64,000 bases of DNA from NCBI GenBank assembly GCA_036507075.1, contig DASXQR010000082.1, positions 1-64,000 on the forward strand. The letters are read 5' to 3'. Position 1 is the stretch's first letter; every line of letters starts with the position of its first letter. Made by a program: the position numbers and the translations under genes. Shown here in pieces: positions 58,498-64,000 of the stretch. The DNA is from Acidobacteriota bacterium (GTDB lineage Bacteria; Acidobacteriota; UBA6911; JACQSX01). The notes under the pieces are model-generated. The model saw nothing but the letters and a program-made list of their open reading frames with translations, was not told the origin of the DNA and searched no databases.

Positions 58498-60312
58498 ATG
58501 CAACGCCTGCGCGAGCGCAAAGAGTGGAAGTTCTTCGCGGTCCTGCCGAGGGCAGACCGCGCGCTCGCCGCCATCTGGTGGCTGCTTCTTGTACTCAGGG
58601 GCGTGCTTCCGGTCATGTTCGCCGTGGCGATGGGCATCGTCGTTCGCAGCGTCCAGCGTGACGGCAGCCTGATGGGTCCACTGCTCTTCGCCGGCGCCGT
58701 CTTCGTATTGCTGCAGGTCCTCACGCCGATTCACCAAGCCGTGGGCTCTAACCTTGGCGACCGCACGGCGGCCTGGCTCTACGACCGGCTCACGGAGGCG
58801 TGCGTTCGCCCGCCGGGTATGGGCCACCTCGAGGATCCGAAGCTCACTGGCGACCTGTCGGTCGCCCGGGATTTTGACCTCGGCATGATGGGGCCGCCGC
58901 TCTCGATCTCGATGGACTTCATCGCCGGGGGTTTGGTCGGGATGGTCGGTGGCTTCGCATCGGCGGTCGTGCTCGCGTGGTATAGCTGGTGGGCGCCGGT
59001 CGTGCTCGCCGGCGCTTGGCTGGCGACGCACTGGTTACTGCGCGAGAGCGCCATCTGGCGCGATCGGAACACCGATGAGGTACGCGCGGCGCAGCGCGAC
59101 TCGGAGTACGCGTATCGACTTGCCGTCGATCCGCCCGCCTCCAAGGAACTGCGGTTGTTCGGACTTGCGGGCTGGGTCATCGAACGCTTCATTGCCCGGC
59201 GGACCCGCCTGCACGAGCTGCAGTACCAGGCCACACGCCTGCGCGAGAAGCCAGTCGTCTGGAGCCTGCTCGTCGTCGCCGGCGCAAACGTGGTCGTGTT
59301 TTGGTCGCTGGCGAACGCAGCGGCGAACGGCAGCATCGATCTTGGAGCGGTCGTCGTGTTCGCTCAATGCGCGCTGGGCACGTCGATGATCGCGTTCGGC
59401 GGACTCAACTGGGCCCTCGACTGGGCGGCCTCGCCGGTTGCCGCGGTGCTGCGCCTCGATGCCGCCATGAGCGCCGCAGGCGCGTTGCGTTCCGGCAAGC
59501 GGAGCGCAGACGGGACGCCCCGAACGGCGATCCGCTTCCGCGACGTCACCTTTGCGTACCCGAGTGGTGATGCGCTCGCGGCGGCCAAGCCGGTGCTCAG
59601 GGGATTCGATGTCACGATTCCGGCAGGATCGTCCCTCGCCATCGTCGGCAGAAACGGCGCCGGCAAGACCACGGCCGCAAAGCTTCTTTGCCGTCTCTAC
59701 GATCCGCAGTCTGGCACCATTGAGGTCGACGGCGTCGATATCCGTGACTTCGATCTCGAGAACTGGCGGTCGCGGATTGCTGCCGTCTTTCAGGATTTCA
59801 TCCGCTTCGAGTTACCGCTGCGCGACAACGTCGCGCCCCAGGGCGCGCGGGACGATCATGTGCTCGCTGCGCTCGCCTCGGCCGGGGCAGGCAAGCTCGC
59901 TTATCTCGACACGGTGCTGGCGCGCGGCTACGAAGGCGGCACGGATCTGTCGGGCGGGCAATGGCAACGGGTGGCGCTGGCGCGTGTTCTGTGCGCGGTG
60001 CGGCTCGGAGCGGATGTCGTAATTCTCGATGAGCCGACCGCCCAACTCGACGTGCGCGGCGAATCCGAGATCTTCGACCGCATACTCGCCGCGACGCGAC
60101 ACTGCACAACGATCCTCATCTCGCACCGTTTCTCAACCGTGCGCCATGCCGATCGCATCTGCGTCCTTGAGGACGGGGCGGTCGTCGAGCTCGGTACGCA
60201 CGACGAGCTCATGGCCCTTGGCGGTCGCTACCGGACAATGTTTGACCTGCAAGCCCAACGCTTCAACGCTACCGAGGACGAGGAGGGCATGGCGTATGAT
60301 GTCCTCACCTAA
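58498..60312 (+). CDS. ABC exporter, fused TMD+NBD (subunit 1)
   Basis: SKELRLFGL, GRNGAGKTT, FQDF, LSGGQWQRVALAR, LDEPTAQLD, ISHRFSTVR; start uncertain. Confidence 0.92.
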   Translation: MQRLRERKEWKFFAVLPRADRALAAIWWLLLVLRGVLPVMFAVAMGIVVRSVQRDGSLMGPLLFAGAVFVLLQVLTPIHQAVGSNLGDRTAAWLYDRLTEACVRPPGMGHLEDPKLTGDLSVARDFDLGMMGPPLSISMDFIAGGLVGMVGGFASAVVLAWYSWWAPVVLAGAWLATHWLLRESAIWRDRNTDEVRAAQRDSEYAYRLAVDPPASKELRLFGLAGWVIERFIARRTRLHELQYQATRLREKPVVWSLLVVAGANVVVFWSLANAAANGSIDLGAVVVFAQCALGTSMIAFGGLNWALDWAASPVAAVLRLDAAMSAAGALRSGKRSADGTPRTAIRFRDVTFAYPSGDALAAAKPVLRGFDVTIPAGSSLAIVGRNGAGKTTAAKLLCRLYDPQSGTIEVDGVDIRDFDLENWRSRIAAVFQDFIRFELPLRDNVAPQGARDDHVLAALASAGAGKLAYLDTVLARGYEGGTDLSGGQWQRVALARVLCAVRLGADVVILDEPTAQLDVRGESEIFDRILAATRHCTTILISHRFSTVRHADRICVLEDGAVVELGTHDELMALGGRYRTMFDLQAQRFNATEDEEGMAYDVLT

Positions 60313-62113
60313 GAGTGATTTGCCGCCCGGGCTGTCTTCGATGTGGCGTCTGTGCAAGCTCGGCTACCGCCACGAACCGGGACTCCTGCTTGCCGCGTTC
60401 CTGATTTCACTTCTGGCGGCGCTGCCCGACTCGCTGGTCGCCGTCTGGCTCAAGGTGCTCGGCGACGGCGTACTCCAACAGGATCGGGGACGGGTGCTCG
60501 CAGCAGCGATCGGCCTCGGCGTCTCGGCTACGGCCACGTGGTTCCTGGTAACGGTCAGCACGCGCGTGCAGCGGCGCTTCCGGGACAAGGTCACTATCGC
60601 GCTCGAGTCGCACGTGGCCAGGCTGCAGGCATCGGTCGCGACCATCGAGCTTCACGAGCGGCCGGACTACCTCGATCGACTCGCCATGTTGCGCAACCAG
60701 GTATTCGTGCTCGACCACATGTACATGTCGTTGTTCTCGACGTGCGGCTGGATCCTGCGTCTCGGCGTCACTGTCGCCCTTCTCGTCTCGATTCATCCCA
60801 CGCTGATTCTGCTCGCTGTCTTCGCGCTGCCGACTGCATGGACTTCAACCTGGCGACCCGCCGTCGAGCGCATCGCATGGGAGAGCCGCGCGTCGGCAAA
60901 CCGTCTGGCTCGGCATCTGTTTACCACTGCCACCACCGCCGCTCCGGGCAAGGAGGTGCGCGTCACAGGCATCGGCGACCGTCTGATCACCGAACGCCGC
61001 GACGCCTGGGAGTGGTGGTACGCCGCGGTATCGAAGGCACGGTGGAATTCGGCGCTATGGCATGCGCTGGCGTGGACCATCTTCGGCGGCGCTTATGCAG
61101 GCGCGGTCGTGTTCGTGGCGAGTGGTCTGCGAGCCCCCGCCGGCGACGTACTATTGGTTCTGGCCGCAGGCGCGCGTCTGTCGGCGTATATCGGCGCGAC
61201 GGTCGGTGAGATCGGATTCCTGCGCGGCATCTGGATGGATGGATCCAAGCGCCTCGCCTGGCTCGAGGATTACGTCGCGTCCTTGACCGCATCGGCCGAT
61301 TTGCCCGTGCCGTCGCGGCTGACCGACGGGATTCGTTTTGAGAAGGTCAGGTTCGCCTACCCCGGTACCGAACGCCTGGTGCTCGAGGACGTGTCCCTGA
61401 AGCTGCCGGCCGGCGCCGTCATCGCCATTGTTGGCGAAAACGGAGCCGGGAAGACGACGCTCGTCAAGCTACTCGGCAAATTCTACGAGCCCTCGTCGGG
61501 CGCGATCTATGTCGATGGCCAGCCGCTGGCTCGCATGCCCGCCGACGCCTGGCGCCGGCGCCTCGCCGGCGCGTTCCAGGACTTTTTCCGCTTTGAATTC
61601 CGCGCTCGCCACAGCATCGGGGTGGGCGACGTGCCGCGTTTCGATGATGAGCCCGCCGTGACGGTCGCGGTCGATCGCGCCGGGGCTGGCGATGTCGTAT
61701 CAAGCCTCGCCGCAGGTCTCGAAACCCAGCTCGGCCCGACGTGGCCCGGAGGCGTCGAGGTGTCGTTTGGCCAGTGGCAAAAGATCGCGCTGGCCCGCGG
61801 TTTCATGCGCGATCAACCGCTGCTCGTTGTGCTTGACGAGCCGACCGCAGCCCTCGATGCAGAAACGGAACACGCGCTGTTTGAGCGCTACGCCGCGGCC
61901 ACACGCGGTGACGATCGTTCAGGCGCTTCCGACGGAGCGAATGGCCGCATCACGGTCCTGGTCTCGCACCGGTTCAGCACCGTTCGCATGGCCGACCTCA
62001 TCGTCGTACTCGACGGCGCGCGCGTTGTCGAAATCGGCTCGCACGAGGATCTCATGGCTGCGGGCGGCACGTACTCAGAATTGTACGGCATTCAAGCGGC
62101 TGCCTATCGGTGA
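60296..62113 (+). CDS. ABC exporter, fused TMD+NBD (subunit 2)
   Basis: GKEVRV, GENGAGKTT, degenerate signature VSFGQWQKIALAR, LDEPTAALD, VSHRFSTVR; overlaps the subunit 1 stop. Confidence 0.92.
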   Translation: MMSSPKSDLPPGLSSMWRLCKLGYRHEPGLLLAAFLISLLAALPDSLVAVWLKVLGDGVLQQDRGRVLAAAIGLGVSATATWFLVTVSTRVQRRFRDKVTIALESHVARLQASVATIELHERPDYLDRLAMLRNQVFVLDHMYMSLFSTCGWILRLGVTVALLVSIHPTLILLAVFALPTAWTSTWRPAVERIAWESRASANRLARHLFTTATTAAPGKEVRVTGIGDRLITERRDAWEWWYAAVSKARWNSALWHALAWTIFGGAYAGAVVFVASGLRAPAGDVLLVLAAGARLSAYIGATVGEIGFLRGIWMDGSKRLAWLEDYVASLTASADLPVPSRLTDGIRFEKVRFAYPGTERLVLEDVSLKLPAGAVIAIVGENGAGKTTLVKLLGKFYEPSSGAIYVDGQPLARMPADAWRRRLAGAFQDFFRFEFRARHSIGVGDVPRFDDEPAVTVAVDRAGAGDVVSSLAAGLETQLGPTWPGGVEVSFGQWQKIALARGFMRDQPLLVVLDEPTAALDAETEHALFERYAAATRGDDRSGASDGANGRITVLVSHRFSTVRMADLIVVLDGARVVEIGSHEDLMAAGGTYSELYGIQAAAYR

Positions 62114-62215
62114 CGATGCTGGTCATTCCCGGCAAAAGTCGCGTAGCGGCGATATAAACGTTCCTCTCCTGCTCGATGTTAGGTCAACACTCTGTCGCCG
62201 CCTCCGCGGCTTGGC

Positions 62216-62255
62216 TTGTAAATACGCGACCGAGGGCTGACGCCCTCGGCTACAA
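62216..62255. repeat. REP-like hairpin
   Basis: TTGTA...CCGAGGGC-TGAC-GCCCTCGG-CTACAA. Confidence 0.55.
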
Positions 62256-62365
62256 TTGAGGTCATTATCTGGACAAAGGAGATCTTCGAAGCGCGCAAGA
62301 AGGCCGAAGAAGAGCGGTTGAATAAGGAACTCGAAAAGGTAAAAAAAATTCACCACCGAAGCCGT

Positions 62366-62623
62366 TCAAACATAGCTCTCGTCAATGTAGCACCAGCGCC
62401 AGTCTTCCCCCGACTTGAAAGGCTTGATAATGGGATGCCCGGTTGTCTGAAAATGCCTGGTCGCATGCCTGTTCTTTGAAGAGTCGCAGCAGCCCACATG
62501 CCCGCAGATCTGGCAGATACGCAGTTCCACCCACCGGTCTTCGGTGCGCAAACATTCTTCGCACCCCTGAGCACTCGGACTAACCTCACGCACTTGTTTC
62601 AGATGCGCACATTCCTTGGCCAT
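62366..62623 (-). CDS. UBP-type zinc finger protein
   Basis: CAHL..GCEECL...WVELRICQICGHVGCCDSSKNRHATRHF..TGHP.I...GEDWRWCYIDE. Confidence 0.92.
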   Translation of the reverse strand: MAKECAHLKQVREVSPSAQGCEECLRTEDRWVELRICQICGHVGCCDSSKNRHATRHFQTTGHPIIKPFKSGEDWRWCYIDESYV

Positions 62624-62665
62624 CTCGTTTTCCTTGAAATCCGGCACCAATTCCTCTCCAACGGG

Positions 62666-62836
62666 AAAAAATTGAACCGCCAAGAACGCTAAGAATTTCT
62701 TTTTCAGTCCGGCAGTTCATCAGTCCGGCAGTTCAAATGTTACTGCACTTTACACGTGACACTTCTATAGAACTTTCAATTGCTTGCAGTCAGCCGGTTG
62801 TCTGGACCCATGATGAGCTTAGCGTTCTTCGCGGTT
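62666..62836. repeat. dispersed MITE/REP-like element, copy 2 (inverted relative to 8301-8467)
   Basis: Near-identical to the reverse complement of copy 1, plus an internal 16-bp duplication (TCAGTCCGGCAGTTCA). Confidence 0.85.
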
Positions 62837-62987
62837 CAAGCTTTTTGAATTAATTCACAGCTACTGACGGAGGTGGCGGGTCGAGTCGCCCTGGACGACT
62901 TGAAAAACTTCGCCAAAAAAGCAAGAAATTGCTAACGTGCTACTCAGACGGCGTTGAAAACTTTGCCTATTCGGCCTGATTTAGAGA

Positions 62988-64000
62988 ATGCAAACCAGTC
63001 CCTCCCCAACGAGAGGCCGCACCCGCAGGGTGATGAAGAACCTGAGGCAGGGTATGGCTCTCGCCTGGGCCGCCTCCCCGCGTTCGCTGATCCGCTATTC
63101 GTTGCTGGGGATGCTGAGCGCAACTATGCCTCCCATCGCCGTCTTCCTGGGGGCCAGTCTCGTCAACCGCATCGCCGAAGCCCGGGTGCATTCGCTTCAA
63201 TTCAAGGACATGCTCCCCATCCTGATCGGCTTGTGGATTGCCGCTGGAGTGCAGCGGGCAGTGGGCGCCTATATGGGCTACGGCAGGAATCTGTTCGTGC
63301 GTCGCGTGCAGTTGGAAGCCGAGCGGCGTTTGCTGGCTCAGGCTTCGAAAGTCGACCTGGGTCACTTCGACAACTCCGACTGGCACGATCGCCTGGCGCG
63401 CGCCAAGCGCGATGTCTCCTGGCGACCCGGCGACCTCACCTGGTCGGTCCTGGGGCTGTCGGGCAACATGGTGACGATAGTGCTGATGGCGACACTGCTG
63501 GCAAGCCTTCACTACCTGCTGGTCATTCTTGCGCTGGCGGCGGCAGTACTTTCGCTTGCTCTCGAGCGTCGTGTGACATCGCGTCTCTACGAGTTTTTCT
63601 ACAAAGAGACTCCCGAGGAGCGAGAGCGCGAGTATCTGGGCGACCTGCTTGTCCAGCCCCGCACCACCAAGGAAATACGGGCGTACGTTCTGGCCGACTA
63701 CCTGCTTGGAAGGCACCGCAACCTGTCCGAGGATCTTTTCAAACAAAGAGAGGAGATGTACCGGTCGGGTACCCGTATCTCGATGCTGACCGGACTTGTG
63801 ACCGGGACAACCCTTGCGCTTGCCTATGTATTTGTAGCTGTTCAGGGAGCGGCAGGCGCTATTGATCCGGGGGGCGTCGTGTTGGTGATCGGCGCCTTCG
63901 CGGCGGTTTCAGGGACCCTCGGACAGATTTCGAGCACGTTTGTGGCGGTCGACCAGCACACCACTTTCCTCGAGGACTATTTTTCGTTTCTGGCTATCGA
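62988..64000 (+). CDS. ABC exporter TMD (partial, runs off the window)
   Basis: Open frame MQTSPSPTRGRTRRVMKNLRQGMALAW...VDLGHFDNSDWHDRLARA...TTKEIRAY; absent from the ORF track because it has no stop in the window. Confidence 0.85.
   Translation, partial: MQTSPSPTRGRTRRVMKNLRQGMALAWAASPRSLIRYSLLGMLSATMPPIAVFLGASLVNRIAEARVHSLQFKDMLPILIGLWIAAGVQRAVGAYMGYGRNLFVRRVQLEAERRLLAQASKVDLGHFDNSDWHDRLARAKRDVSWRPGDLTWSVLGLSGNMVTIVLMATLLASLHYLLVILALAAAVLSLALERRVTSRLYEFFYKETPEEREREYLGDLLVQPRTTKEIRAYVLADYLLGRHRNLSEDLFKQREEMYRSGTRISMLTGLVTGTTLALAYVFVAVQGAAGAIDPGGVVLVIGAFAAVSGTLGQISSTFVAVDQHTTFLEDYFSFLAI

Noticed and set aside
62954..63865. 303-aa ORF in the track (and antisense 62967-63746)
   Set aside because: Wrong frame; the real gene is the ABC TMD starting at 62988, open to the window end

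Overview
Bacterial chromosomal window, probably from Acidobacteriota. This is an inference from three intact Oar-like TonB-dependent receptors with carboxypeptidase-like N-termini, a MacAB-type exporter and an OmpA fusion. Positions 1-5650 look like the right end of an island integrated at a tRNA-Arg(TCT): a tRNA 3' half sits at 5604-5649, and the island carries a 1248-aa NACHT/STAND NTPase with helical repeats and a C-terminal OLD-type TOPRIM nuclease domain. Positions 5650-9200 are a mosaic of toxin-antitoxin modules and orphan gene tails. Next come a MacAB-like operon, OmpA and three tRNAs (His-GTG, Arg-TCG, Arg-CCG), with a candidate antisense small transcript between the two Arg tRNAs. 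An IclR-linked PLP/D-amino-acid catabolic cluster follows, with a visible operator motif. After it come a phosphoesterase/nuclease/TonB cluster and a desaturase-methyltransferase-like fusion with a sulfatase. Two convergent genes (BtrH-like; ankyrin+LRR) both start with small basic helical domains and share a structured 5' leader motif. The window ends with a second VapBC and three ABC exporters. Many intergenic regions hold diverse REP/MITE-like inverted repeats. All calls come from reading motifs by eye; no database searches were run.
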